A stretch of 55,971 nt of DNA from Chromera velia (GCA_018398765.1 JAHBMJ010000121.1:1-55971); one strand, 5' to 3'. Counted from the first letter of the stretch, positions 22,501 through 37,288 are shown. Notes: generated by a model not told the origin, from the sequence alone. Numbers and translations: made by a program.

Positions 22501-25500
22501 AGATCCTAGGTTGTGCATGGAGATGATTCGGACCCTAGGTCGGATTCCCGATCCTGTTGAATGGAGAGAGGGGTTGCAGCTTTTTAGGGAACTTTTGGAG
22601 TCTGGGTGTGACAACGTGCCTGAGGATGTCTTCTGCGTCCTGCTGAAGTTGTTGGCGTTCAACAATCAGTGGGCATTTGCTTTCGATATGTTTGAAGAAG
22701 TCAAGAGACGCGGTGTGTCGGTGACAGTATTCACATACAACACCGCACTTAGCGCTCTCTGCAAAAGGAAAGGTGGTGCTCGGTGGGAAGACGTGAAGTC
22801 TTTTCTTGGGTACATGGAAAGGCGGTGTGTGAAATTTGATATCTGTACACATAATCTCGTGCTGTCTGCTCTCAATCGCGCACAGGGGGGCAGTCGGTGG
22901 AAGGAGGCTTTGGAGTGGCTTTCAAAGATGAGAGAGGCAGGGGTGAGTCCAGACTTGATCTCTTACAATACAGTCCTCAGCGCACTTGCGTGGGCAGAGG
23001 GGGGAGGGCAATGGAGACTGGCTCTTCAGCTTGTTGAGGAGATGAAGGCGAATGGGGTGAAACCAGATTTGGTTTCCTTCCAACGTCTTCTTCGCGCAAT
23101 GGAGAAGGCCTCTCAGACTGAGCCAGCAAGTCTGGCAGAGGTGGCATTGGGGGTGTTTGAGGAGATGCTGTCTCTTTGCCCAGCTTCCAGGAATCGGGCC
23201 GTTGCCTTTCTGGACAGGTTGGCAAACCTTCCTGAGCTTTCTGATCCGTTGAAAGAAAAGGCCGACCGCTTGCTGGAGGCTTTCAGCTCACGAGAGGTGT
23301 TCTCTCTAGTTGAACAAAAGCAGCCGATTTCCCAACGCCGGAGACCCGCAGTTGAGGCAGAGTTTGATGAACGTTTGAAAAACCTCACCCTCCATACTGC
23401 CTCCCCAGTTGAGTGGAAGGAAGTGGTCTCATTGCGGGAGGAGATGGAGAAAAAAGGGGCAGATGGGGATGTGAAACTGTGTGGTTTATTGATTCAGTTG
23501 ATGGGCAGAGTGCCAAGAGGAACGGCTGATTGGAGAGAGGGTCTCTCTCTGTACCGGAAGATGCTTGCACAGGGGTGCACGAAGCCAGCACGGAAGGTTT
23601 ACTTGGAATTGTTCAGTTTGTTAGCGTATGCCGAGGGCGGGAGTCAGTGGGAGGTCGCATGGGATCTTTTCAAGGAGATGAAAGAACGAGGGATTGAAAG
23701 ATCAGCTTCCGTGTACACTTCTCTTTTTGTGGCTTTGTCGAAGGCAGAAGGGGGAGGAAGGGTGAAAGAAGCCAGCGATTTGCTTGAGGAAATGAAGGCT
23801 GACGGTATCGGTCTGTGCAACCCTGCCGTCGAGCCGTTTCTTTCAGTTCTCGAGAATGCACCTGGGGACCAAATGGATATTTCCATGCGGTGTGAGTTTG
23901 CCTTGAAGACCGTTGAGGAGATGAGGAGAGAGGGAAAACACCTGAGCCCAAAAGGCTTTGCTGCACTCATCGGCGTTCTCTCTTTGAAAGAGGACGATCG
24001 CCGTTCGGCAGTCCTCCGGAGAGTATACACTGAAATGAGGAACAGGGGCATTCCCCGGGATTCCGGGACTTATGCAGCACTCATCAGAGGGAGTTTGAGG
24101 AGAGATGGGGGGCTGGAAGGTCTGAGGGAGGCATTGAGACTTCTGAAGGAGTTATCTCGAAAGGAAATGTCCCTCAACCCTTCGACAGTCACTTTGCTAC
24201 TCACAGAAACGGCAGAAAGGGGCCAGAGGGCAGAGCGCGAAGTTGCTGTGCGACTCTGGAAAAAGGAGAGACATTCCCGAGGAGGACTGGGGGAGTACTG
24301 TGCTCCCCTTCTCAAGATCTTCAGACAACATTCCTATGTGCAATTTGAGTCCCTCAGGGCAGCTTTGGATGATGCCGCAAGCGCGGGTGTCAAATTCTCT
24401 CGGTCGATGTATGCAGACGCTATCGCGGCAGCTGGCCGTGGAAGGGGGCAGAGCCGCAAAGAGTCCCGGCGGCTTCGTTGGCAGACTGCAGAGTCTCTTT
24501 TTGCACAGATGGAAGCTGAGGGCATCACCCCGGACGAAGAGACTTTCGCAGTCATGATAGACGCGTTTTGGGGGGGGCGGCAGGCAGGGAAGGCATTTCG
24601 TATGTTTGAGGCAATGAGGGCGAGAGGGATACAGCCATCTGCGCAGACTGTGAGTTCGTTGGTGATGGTTTTCAGTCAAGTGACACGGGACACATTAGTT
24701 TCCCTTTCCTGGCAGACGTGTGTGCAACTGGTAAAGGATCTGAGAGGAGGGTGGCTGTCCCTTGACCCTTTTGTGATCACCCGTCTTTTCAAGCTTGCCG
24801 CTATGTCAAAGTCTGGGCACGAGGCAGAGACGGCTGTGCAATTGTTGGACCAGTTTGTTGAGGAGGGATACGAACCTTCTCGGAGGACTTATTTGTATCT
24901 GCTTCAAACGCTGAAAACATTTGCGGAGAAGAATTGTGTTTCGAGGGGTGGTGAGGGAGTGACGGGGAATGAGAGCAGAAACGAGTCGATGAATTCATGG
25001 ATTTGCGAGACGGCGCAGCGTTTGTCTCGAGGTATGCAGGCGCAGGGAGTGGATTTGCATGAATCGGCTTCGAGTGTGCTTGATGTTCTTGGCAGTGCTC
25101 AGGTATGCGCGCCGAGAGATTTTCTTTTGTTCCTGCTCAGAGCTGTTCAGAGCTGTCCAGACAAATTCTCTTTGAGTGTCCATAATCACCTCTTGTCTGT
25201 TCTGTCGAGAGCGCGTGAAGGCGGGATGTGGAGGGAGGCCATTGGGCACTTAATCGTCATGAGACAAGCGGGGGTAGAGCCGGACAGTCACACGTTTCAT
25301 GCCGTTCTCAAGGCCTGTGCCCGTGCAGAGGGGGGAAGCCAATGGCAGACTGCTTTGAGGCTGTCCGATGAGATTGAAGAGCCGAGCATGAGGACGGAAG
25401 TCCTCTTATTGGAAGCTCTTTCGAGAGCGCGTCTTGAGGAAGTAGGAGGGATGTGGGAGAGGGGCCTTGAACGGTTTTTCGGGTGGATATACGACCTCTC

Positions 25501-25822
25501 CACTGGAGAGAAGGAAAGTTCAAGCGCTGCCGATATAGGTGAGGGTGTTCTTTACGTCTTCAGACTTTTAAAGAAGGCCGGAAGGTTCAGTGAGTGGGAG
25601 AAGGCGCTGGACGTTTTTGAGAGATTGAAAGAAACGGAAGGGACTGTGCAGCCTGGGGTAGATTCTCTTTCCACTTTGATACATGTATTGGATCGGGCAG
25701 GCACCGTTAGTGGATGGGAGAGGTCGTTGAATGTCTTTGAGGAGATGGAAGCAAAGGGGATGGCTGCAGACGAAGAGACTCAGGAAGCGCTTGCAAGGGC
25801 ATTGAAAAAAGCTACTGAATGA
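19557..25822 (+). CDS. Very large (~2,054 aa) degenerate PPR protein with signal+Phe leader
   Basis: Exon 19557-19822 (MCALRLCARCLLVLLFLFTIAAIPGHS-FVL...) joins a 5.9-kb exon through a phase-2 intron at 19823-19923. Contains PPR motifs such as ISYNTVLSALAWAEGGGQWRLALQLVEEMKANGVKPD. Confidence 0.88.
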
Positions 25823-26039
25823 CACCGATCCAAAATTATCCTACAAGGCTATAAGCCTATAACGGTAGTACACAACCGTGAAATAGCTTTAAATGTTTTT
25901 AAATGAAATTTTACCCCGAGCTTGAATTTTGTAGAGCTTTATAAGATGTATAAACACTGCTAATTTAAGCTCCTAACTCTTTCTAAATTGCGAGAAATAA
26001 GCCTTCAAAGTTTATGGAATTTAGTAGAATCTAAACGAG

Positions 26040-26135
26040 TAGATTCCACGGTAAATTCCACTAAAATCCACCAAATTCCACTAAATTCCAAGAGTAAATT
26101 CCACTAAATTCCATTAAATTCCACTAAATTCCCGA
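26040..26135. repeat. Degenerate 10-bp tandem repeat (AAATTCCACT)n
   Basis: About 8-9 imperfect units, with an inverted unit (GGAATTTAGT) just upstream at ~26016. Confidence 0.8.
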
Positions 26136-26614
26136 GGAATTTAACCTAGTTTTATAGGGGAGTCGTAATCAGACTACTGGGACTAGATACAAATCAGGTG
26201 TGCAAAGGTAGATTTGACTCTTAAAAATGTTTCTTTTCCGTATTTTGGCACTTATAAGTGCCAATAAAAAATTATAATTCAAATATAAAGTATAATAAAA
26301 AGAAATGCTATGTCCAGTTTTTTCCCCCTAATAGGACCCCTATATGTATGCATAGTGTCTATAGATAAGTAAGTGCAAGCCGATATCTGGTAGTAGACTA
26401 GGCAGTGGACCGCGGGGATTCGTGGAACATAAAATCCTATATAGTGCGGAACCTATCAATCAATCAATATCTTATGATTCTTCTCCTATCTTACGAGTTT
26501 TATATCACTTCATTCATTTTAGTACGTAACTGTAGGATTCTATGAAGCTAGCTATGAAGTTAACAATTTAGATAAATTACAAAAAAGGTTAAACAAAATT
26601 ATTGCATGCATGTT

Positions 26615-28837
26615 TCAGAAAATAAAGGTATTTAACCCTATGGGCTGGGTGTAGTCGATGGAACGCAACTTGCCCCCCGCATGCGCCTCCGACAGAAGGG
26701 CTCTGCGTCTGGTTTCATGGACAGAGGTTGCAGAAAGGTCCAAGAACTCCAGCTTCGGCAGCGACTGCGGCTCGAGAGTCTCAAGAAAAATCCTGAGTCC
26801 CTCCTCGGTGATATCGACATTGCCATACAGAGACAGGTGTGTAAGCGGCAGCGCATCGTTTGCACGGAATGCTTCCGCAAGGAGACGCAAATCATTATTC
26901 GCTAGTCTGCAACTTCCAAGCATGAGCTTCTCCAAGCTCCCCAACTTCCCCGCCGCGAGGGCTGTCGGAAAAGTCCCCAGCCGGCCCCCACCAAATCTAA
27001 GAATCTTCAGAGCAGGGAGACCTTGCTCTGAGTCGGATACCCCCCTGCAGAACGCACGCATACCTTCCTCCCTAAACTCGTTATTGTCAAGTCGCAGTTT
27101 TTGTAGTTTTAACAAATGCCCTCCCCTCACGAGCTCTCCCAAAATACGCATCCCTTCATCATTGAGCATGCACCAGCCAAGGTCGAGTTCAATCAAATTC
27201 GACATCTTTCCTGACCGAAGCACCCCCTCCGAGAAATCAATTCCTTTTCCTGCTTCCGTGACATACAGATTCAGAGATTCAAGAAAAGGAAGACCGGTTT
27301 CAGACTCTCCCACCCCCCTGAAAAAAAGACGCTCCATGCTATCCTTTGTGACGTCCCCTTCTGCTAGGTCAAACTCCCGAAGCGCAGACAGACGATCGAC
27401 ACGGAAAGCATCTTTGAGAACCTCCTCTATTTCACTTGTCGGGGTGACGAACAGACAAAGATCCTGCCAAGGAGGCGGCTCAGGAGCATTCAAGACTCCT
27501 TGAATGAACACAACCCTGTGGAGATCGTCAATCTCCACCCAGAAGCTCCGAAGGCAACGGAGCTTGCCACTCCCCAACACTCGGGCGGTCTCTTCACACG
27601 GTGTGCTTTGATCGACAGCAAGACAGACGTCGAGATCGACTGTCTCCAGGGGGGGGGCCTCATCAGAGTTCAGGGCCGAAACTATAGCATCGGCGGCTTC
27701 CCCGAAAAATTTCACCCCCCTCATGCTAAGTGTTCTCAGGGAGGGTACTAGAGCTGCCCGCAACCCCTCCGCAAAAGCTTCTGTTGCTTTCATGCTGCCT
27801 TCATCACGATAGATTCCGTCTACCCTGTCCAAGCCAAGGCTCTGCAGCGAGACCAACTCTCCCTCTTTCAGCTTCTCTGCCAGTCCGAACAATGCATCGG
27901 GAAACAGATGACAGCGAGCGAGTTGCAGGTCTCGCAGGAAGGGGAAGGTTTCTTTTCGAAGCAACGAAGAGAGAGTCGCTTCTGCTCTGAAATCATTCGA
28001 GCTCAGAAGGAGGCTCTCTACTTTGAGGGGCTTTGCTGCTGCGAATGCGGTAGAGAGGATCGCCATCTTCTCGTCGTTCAGGGACGTTTCAGAGAGGTTC
28101 AGCGCTCTCACAGAGGAGATTCTCCCTTCCTTGACTGCCTCTGCGAAGGCCTGAGTCTCTGCTATGCCGAGGGGATTGCCTGCACGTTCAAAGAGAAAAG
28201 AAACGACCCAGACGTCAAAATTCCTCTTTTCAGAAAAAGAAACAAACACAACTTTGGGCAGGGCTTGTGTGAGAGAATAGGAATCCAATGACGACGAGCT
28301 AGCTGAAAGCGAGAGCTCCCTCCAAACGCCTCCAAAGGTTGGCTGTGCAAAACATGAAGGAGACGAGAGAGCAGTGCAACTTCTGTAGCATTGGACTGTC
28401 CGCTCTCCCTTTTTATGAGGAAACGAGCAAACTTGACTCCTTGACGCTTCTCATGTGGAGAACGAACCGCAAAAAGATGGTGCGTTGGACTCAAAACAGA
28501 AGAATGATGCGAAAGAGAAAGCGTGAGAGTCTCGATCTTCTTTTCCGTTTCCCTCCCAACAACTGAATTCGCACTCCTTTCCCCCATGCCTCCCCAACGG
28601 ACCTTCAAAGCTCAGGGTCTCCAGGCAGCGAGGCAAAACCGAAAATACGAGAGGAGCCTCTGACGGGCCGAGTGAGTTTCCTGGAAAGAAAGAAACAAGG
28701 AATCGGGGGAAAGGGAAGAAAAGCGGCAGCGAGATGTACAAATTGATCTGGTTCTTTTATCGCACTCCCATATGTAACTGCCCCTTTTACGTCACAGACT
28801 GACATGATACATTGACATTCATGCACGCACTCACTCA

Positions 28838-28883
<46 letters not shown>

Positions 28884-31275
28884 CTCGCCTGCCAGACATC
28901 TGACGGCCACTCGATCACGGTCGACGACCCATCTTTCACTGTGTTGGATCTGTGCTTCTCTTCTCAGAGTGACACACAACACTTCCTCTCTCCCTCCCCC
29001 TCTCTCCCGCAAGGTCTCTCATGCAGTTGCTGCTGGTTGTCTTCATGCAATTAAGCGGGCTTACGGGCAAAGCTCAGGCTTTTCAGACGCGGCCCTCCCT
29101 GTTCAGAAGGCGACCCGCCCACCCTCCGGAGGAATTGGCAGAGACGAGGACAAGCGGCGCCCCTCACAGCAGCAGCACCTGCAGAAATGACTCTTTTCAT
29201 CTATGGTTTACGATGAGCATCCAGGGAAGCCATAGAAAACAGGTGGGAAGACAGAGATCACTGCACTTATCTGTGCACACTGAGAACGGCAGCCACTTTC
29301 TTTGCTTCGAGGTGAAGACATACATCGGGACAACAAAACGCACCAAGGGAAAGTGGAAGCAGAAAGGCTCACGTCATACAAAGAGCCAATTTTAGTGAAG
29401 AGGGGGGAAACTTCTAAGAGAGAAAAAATTGAAGAGATAAAGAAAATGGACGAAAGTCCCAAGCATCCATGCTCACGATTGTCGTCTTCATCCTGTGACT
29501 TGAGGCAAAGAGGGGACACACTACTAAAAGGGAACGCAAAGAAAATGACTCTCCCCCTTCGTACTTTCTTTAACCCTCCTCTGTTCCGTCCCTCCCTCCC
29601 TCCCTCTGATTCCATCTCTTCCTCACTGACCCACCCACCCACCCACCCACCCACTTTCAGTTCCTCAATGGACCCCGGCAGACGATCGAGAAGGAAGAAA
29701 ATGCTTCGGGGAGATAACGACGTGCAGTCTGCACACACACACGCACGCACCGCCAATTAAGGAAAAAAGAGATTTAACGCCAGCAGTCAAAAAAGGGAAT
29801 CCGAGAGACACAGCTTTCTCATTTAGAGGTGAAGAAGATCCACTGCGCCTGGAGACTTTCAAGGAATCTGGGAAGGACAAACGAAGCAAAGCACGCCCCC
29901 CACTAATTCCTGCCTGACCAGACAGGTCAAGACGTCGAAGCGCAACTCCTCGAAGTTTCCCCTGCAGTCAGTGACAACAGGAGGAAGAGAGAGATGACTG
30001 AACAACACACTCCATTGTCAGCACGTCCGGCCTGGCAGAAAGACAAAGAAGGTCTCTCCTGATAAGTCGACATCATCTTGGGATCTCTCAAACCGTGCAT
30101 AAAGGAACCCTCTGAGAGAAGCAAACTCCTCAACGAACTGTAAAATTGAATCAGCTACATGGCATCAGGAGTAGATTGGATAGCTCAAGCGGCGAGACTG
30201 CCTCGATCAACAATATCCTACATCCAGAAATCCCAGACTCCCTCAGCTCATGTGCAGGAAACCGCCCACCTTCTGTATTGAAGAAAGACCCAAAAATGCC
30301 ATTCCGTATCCATCCCTCCCCGACGCCATCTCCGACACACCCTGCACGCACGACCGCAAGGGGGGACGGGGGACACACTCGGGAATGAAAGTTGTTGAGA
30401 ACCGCACAGAAAAGAAAATACCAACAGAGGGATTGGAAGTACGTTTTCGAAGGAGGGGGTGAGCGGGGGATCTTCTTCACAGGCGGTCCATGAGCTCTAA
30501 AAGGGAACAAAAGGAAAAGAGCTAGGATCATAAAAAAGAATTCGAACGAAAGCCATCAGAGAACTTAAAATGGAGAGAGGGATTCATTGAAGGACGACAG
30601 AGGAAAAACGAATCTTTCGAGAGCCCATCCTCGCCCTTTCACCTCCAAACCAAAGTACGGAAGGGGAGGCCGACCTCAGAAGTCACTCCCCCACTTGTTA
30701 ACAGTTTGAGGAGGGTCTCTTCCTCCGTTGATAATTGTGAGGATACGCTGGGGGCTGTGCCATCCTCAGGCGAAGCCTGTTCTGCAAGCAGGAGTCGCAA
30801 CGAAGGAAAGAGGGTGAGTCGAACGAAACAGTGCACGAAGCCAGAATTGGACTGGACGAGTGGCTTGCTGAGCCACAGTCAGTGTATCCCACCTTCCTCC
30901 TGTGGCACAGCTCGATCTGTGGGCATTTCCGAGACACGGGTGAAGCGATGAGAGGAGACGAGAGGAGATGAGAGGAGAGGCGCAGGTCGGCGTGCTCAAA
31001 GGCCAGTCCGAAAAGATAAATCAAATCAAGAGTTATTCTACCATTGATGGAATGACAGCCAGGAAGACAACCAATCTTTCTCTAGAGAGAAACACCGGTA
31101 AAAACAAAATTTCAGCACCGCCAGATCCCAGTGAGGTGCTTTTCTGGCTAAAATCTGAGCTCCCTCAGCGACGTCTGCAATGAAGTCAAAAAAAACGAAA
31201 GCTTTTCTACGACATTCTTTTGCGATTGAACTCTGTTTTAGGTGTCCCACTTCGACCTTCTTCCAGTGGCACCAT
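26615..31275 (-). CDS. Ribonuclease-inhibitor-like leucine-rich repeat protein, multi-exon
   Basis: Last exon (~28342-26615) has LxxLxLxxN/C repeats (LQKLRLDNN, LEKLMLGSC, LTHLSLYGN). Upstream exons carry LRRLDLSG and IEELKV. Putative start MVPLEE|DVAEG at 31275; internal exons not all phase-checked. Confidence 0.8.
28828..28878. repeat. (CA)n microsatellite in an LRR-gene intron
   Basis: Direct reading. Confidence 0.95.
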
Positions 31276-32210
31276 TGACGTGAGGAAATTCCTGCTTGGA
31301 ACAGAGAGATGAATCGAGCAGAGAGAGTCGTCGGATGTCGTCAGATCGCGGTTGTCTTTAATTGGAGAGACGCGGGCGAGACGGGTTCGGGGATGTTCTG
31401 GCAGTGACGTGCCGTCTCATTGCCGTCTCGTCATAGCTTCCCGCGTGGGAGACGGGGTGAGACTGCATGTGGGTCGCCGCGGCCAGCACTCTCTTGCATC
31501 ACATAAAATCGGTACGTATACGCAGCCCTGCACATTGAACTCTACACAGCTCAAACCTGCCCTCGCGGTAGCTCGCGGAGAAATTCAATCCCAGAGTATC
31601 CCAGAGGATAAAACAATGCAAATTAAGCCTTCAGTTTGCAAACTGTGAAGAGCTTTAAAACCATTAGATACCTCCAGACATTACCAGACATGATGGTTGA
31701 ACCTGTTAAAATTAATCTAAATTGAGTCACATATAGTCACTAGTATATACTAGTATAGTCATATAAGATCACTTACTTACCTGTTTAAGTATGTGTTTAA
31801 ACCATATGATTCGAAATTTAACTATAAACATATATAAACTTAGAAACGCTAATTAAAGTCAAATTGAATTGAATTGAATAAAATTCATTAAAATTCATGA
31901 ACAAAACTTTACAAAACTTTTTAATGACACTTATAGTAAAAATAATAGTTTAAATTGTGTAACAATGTTTTTTTTTGTTGTGGACTGAGAAAGTGTTCTC
32001 AGACATAATTCATTAGCATGCATTATTTGTTCCCATGAATGTACATTAATTTAAGCAAATATCTAGAAACTTGAATGTTTAGAAGTGTCTAAGTTTTCTA
32101 GATGATAGACTAGATCTCTTTTTACCGGTCATAAATTGAAATATAAGATTAAAAAAATAATGCGCGAATTCTGGTTTGAATTTGAAACAGCATAAAGCTC
32201 CGACATGCAT

Positions 32211-33417
<1,207 letters not shown>

Positions 33418-33689
33418 CTACAGTCAAGAAATAGGGCTAACTATCCACTTTCTGGTCGATGATTAAGTAAACAGTTCGATTTCGGACTGCAGAGGTACGA
33501 AAAACTCCCAATTTCTTGTTTGGGGTATGAATATGTTGTTGACTTCTGAGAGACATCCAAATTGACGGCTGTCTCGCGAACTGAAGGTGTCCGTCGATCT
33601 GGATTCGATCTGTTCTGATGTCCATCGTGGAACTGTACACATGTGCAGAGCTATGGAAGGGACGTACGTTAATTGCAAGATGGAGTTCC

Positions 33690-33860
33690 ACCTCATGCAT
33701 GCAATGACATGCATGCATTAATTACGATCAAAAACGTATGCGCTATAATTAAGTTTTTCGCCTTGCAACAATGCAACATGCACGAACACTCAATCATGCA
33801 TGCACTTTATAGGGGTTTGTGCGGCCGCGGCCCACGGTCCACAGTGGCATGCACTCCTGT
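33690..33860. promoter_or_regulatory. Divergent promoter island with tandem TGCATGCA motifs
   Basis: CATGCATGCA occurs three times, plus GCGGCCGCGG, between head-to-head starts at 33387(-) and 33876(+). Confidence 0.65.
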
Positions 33861-33875
33861 GAGCCGTTCCGAGCT

Positions 33876-36401
33876 ATGAAGTCGAACCAGCTTCTGAGCT
33901 TCATTGCCAAACATTCCGAAGCCCAGATTCAAGGTGTCGGCACGCCGACGACCTCTCTCTCAGTCGATCCACATAGCAGGTCTCACAAAGTTGCAAAGCC
34001 ACAAAGACGTCCGACTTCTTCTCCTCTTCATGGGAGAGCCGAGCCGCCGGGACTCAATTTCCAAAGGGGTCCTCGGAGACGGCTCTTTTTTTGGAGCAAA
34101 AACAACTGATCAAGTTGTCGTCAACCTGGTCTTTTGGGAGCGTTTCATGCCTTCATTGGAATAGAATTTAGATCTGCAATGGAGCGGCGGGGTGATCAGG
34201 CCACTGCTGTGCGACAGCGCAAGCAAAAGGCCCAAGACAAACTTCGCCACTCCTACGAACAAGCTGTCCTCCACTTTCGAGTTCGGATGGAGGGCTCCAA
34301 ACTCATTATTCTTCTGCGGTAAGCTGCCCCACGTGTCTTCTCCCGGTAACAGCACATCATCCACTTGCGACCTTGGATACCTGGATCATGCTTCCCCTCC
34401 CTGTTCCCGCCTGTCCTTGCGTGTATGTGGATATGTGCCTGCAGGCGTGGAGAGAAGGTCACAGTGGACGCGCCCTCGGTGTTCATGTGCAGCTCCCCGG
34501 GAAGCAAGCTGAAGACGAGTGAGTAGGCATCCGGCACACATCTCCGGAGAAATTATGCCCAGCGTCTTACAACTTTCTGTCTTTTCTTGACACTCCAATC
34601 CCTCCCTCCCTCCCTCACTGGCTGACTCACTGCAGATCTCCTCCCGAAGGTTTCGACCACCCTGACCGCCCCTGGCGATGACGAGAAATCTTTGGTGGGT
34701 TCGTTCGTTGGTTGGTTGGTTGCTCGGTTGGTTGGTTGGTTGGTTGCTCGGTTGGTTGGTGGGATTGCGGGCCTGCCGTGTGAGAGAGAGGCAGGGAAGT
34801 GGGAAGGGAGAGGGTTTAAGCTCCACATGAGAAACAGAGAATGGAGACGAGCTAGAGACAGGCGTACATAAAGCCCTGGACCGTCCAGGCAAGAAATTGG
34901 GACGCAACTTGTCCCTGAGGATAGAAAGGGAGGAAGCAGATGCAAAAGGAGGCAGGCTGAAAGTGCAGCTGGTAAAAGGAAGAAGAGGTGGACGAGAAGG
35001 GTACGAGCCATAACAGCTTTCTGGATTTTTTCGCGTGCACAGCGCTGAAGCTCAGAGGACATCAGAAGAAGAGAGACAGAGCGAGGTCAAGGTCCCTTCT
35101 CCGGAGAAGAACTCTGGATGAATCCTGGATCGAGAAAATGGATCCCTCAGGAAGTGGGGCGTAAGGAAAGCGAAGCCGTGGGAAAGAAAAGGAAGCGAGA
35201 AGGGTTTTTCAACAACAGAATATCTCCTTCGCTGACAGAGAAACAACAGATGTATGGAGTTGGTGAGGGGAAGGTGAATGCCTGGAGCCAATGAAGAGAG
35301 AAGAACGAGAGGAAAGGAGAGACGGATAGAAACACGAGGCAGAATGATTGTCGTGGAGAAAAGTCCAGCAATCTACTTATGCATGTGGTGTCGTATGGCA
35401 TGAAAGACCCGAAATATATGCTGTCCTCGTCTGGGGTGTCTGCATGTGCAAGCGCAAGAAGGTGAGGAGGCTTCTGGATTGATTTACTGCTTCATATGTG
35501 TCCTGCCTTCCTACCTGCCTGTCGTGTTTTTCTGTCTGACTGTCCGCAGGTAGTCGTGGACGCCGCGTCGTGCCACCACCAATTTGTTCCTCTCCGTCTG
35601 GCCGCTTACGGAACTCTGTACGTCCACCCGAACGCCTCATGTGTTGTGGTGGGATCCCCTGTGCAGTCCCGGGTGTCCGCCCCTGGTCTTCCCCACAGCC
35701 AGGCTCAAAAATTTGAATTGCCTCCGGGAAGGAGGGCAATTTCCCTGGCGAGTCTGCGGACTTCTTCCTCTTCCTCCTCTTCCGCAGGGGGCAGCTCTGG
35801 GCCTCAGATTGCCTCGTCAGCAGACATGGGCGTGGGCGTTGGTACCCCGATCAGCTTCGATGAGGACGTTGTTTTCCTGAGAGCCGATCCTTCGTTGTAC
35901 CGCCACCGAGTCGTTAAAATAAAATCCGTCCGTCGGCGTATCTCCGAATTCTCAGCTGCGGTGGCTGCTGAGGAGGAGGAGAAGGAAAATTCGGAGACGG
36001 CGAATGGCTCCAAGATCTCACGGAGACGTGGGGGTCAGAGGGGACAGCAAAATGGAACTCGGACAGGCGGGAGCGAAAGCGAAGGTGACACCGAGTCAGC
36101 AGGGGAGGAGTTCCCAGGTCCTTCTGGCAGCAAATCACCGAAGGGAGAGAATGGAGACGGACGCTCTGCCGTCTCTCCCTCTGTACCTATTCCACCATTG
36201 CCCTTTCTTCGTGAAAGCGCCTTCCTTGAGTATTGCAGAAAACTGAAGGTATACAACCACGAAGTGGTGGCGTGGACAGGCGGCATTCGGTTTGAAGTCA
36301 AAAGAAGCTGTTGCGGTGTGTTCAAGCAGTTGCAAACAGTTCGGGGTGACGGGTATGTTTGGCTCTGCAGTCCAGACTGGAACAGGCGGATGCATTTATA
36401 G
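33876..36401 (+). CDS. Putative AIM24-family (TRAP-like fold) protein, multi-exon
   Basis: Last exon 35530-36401 has VVVDAA...FVPLRL...TLYVHPNA and ...EVVAWTGGIRFEVK...VRGDGYVWLCS, resembling the AIM24 'vAwt..l.y.v ... f.GpG.VwlQS' pattern. 5' exons approximate. Confidence 0.5.
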
Positions 36402-36979
36402 AAGCTGTGAACTTTTACAGTGTGTGATTAGTATTTATTTTAGATTTTCTTAAGCTTAATTGATTGATTGATTGATTAATTAATTAAATTATTATATTTG
36501 CATATATCATTGCTCTACTATAGGTTCTGCTAGACGGTTGCCGTGATGCTGGATGCTTTTATTGTTTCAATGGGTTGGTGTGTGCAATTTTACGCCTTTT
36601 TATATTGTGTAGACATGATGGAGACTCGGCTTAGGCTAATTAACATGCAATGACCCAGAACCTAATACTTATATTTGTTTATCTACTCAACTGGACAGCC
36701 TAGGACAGCCCTAGCTTATACAGAAAAGAGCTTTCTGGTTTGTTGACAGAATATGACAGAATCCGGCGGAGAAGACATGCAGGCGGAGGACTTATGTTTT
36801 AATTCTTCAAATTCATTTTGAGGCCGAGCGAGGCCGAGGTTCCTGCAGTATACTTCAAGAAGTTCAAGTCGGGAATCCTTCCGGCGTACCGCCGCTATCT
36901 CGACCCAGCTGAGGTTTGGCGCTCTTGGCCGAATTAAATTCAAACCGATACAGCTTTTCGTCCCCAACCGGCTCCACGT

Positions 36980-37030
36980 ACACGCATGAATCAATCATGC
37001 CTGCATGCAGTGCGTCGACGTCTGCATGTT
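36980..37030. promoter_or_regulatory. TGCATGCA-containing promoter upstream of the anoctamin gene
   Basis: GCATGA, CATGCC, TGCATGCA and TGCATG within 50 bp. Confidence 0.5.
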
Positions 37031-37288
37031 CACAGCAGTGTCGACTATAACCGTCTATCTGTGATGTGGACTCACGACCTTGATGTATATGCCTGTCTCC
37101 AAGCATTCATAGTACGACTGTTAGCGGCATTTGCTGGCAACGCTCAATAGGCAGAGGCTGCTGCATCGGTTTTGGAGGGCACGCGCCACATATTTGTACA
37201 GAAACACACAATAAATATGGCAATGCTCACTGGCACAGCTTACTCAGCAGAGGCACATCTTGGAACGTGACCTTCTTGATTTTGTACC

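Noticed and set aside
25838..26538. Possible TIR element bounded by ATCCTACA/TGTAGGAT
   Set aside because: Only 8 bp of inverted match and no TSD.
31772..31783. ACTTACCTG resembling the U1 snRNA 5' end
   Set aside because: No U1 stem-loops or Sm site follow; AT-rich spacer context.
36716..36994. 92-aa minus-strand ORF or possible ncRNA beside the anoctamin promoter
   Set aside because: No recognisable protein or RNA family motif; cannot be supported from sequence alone.
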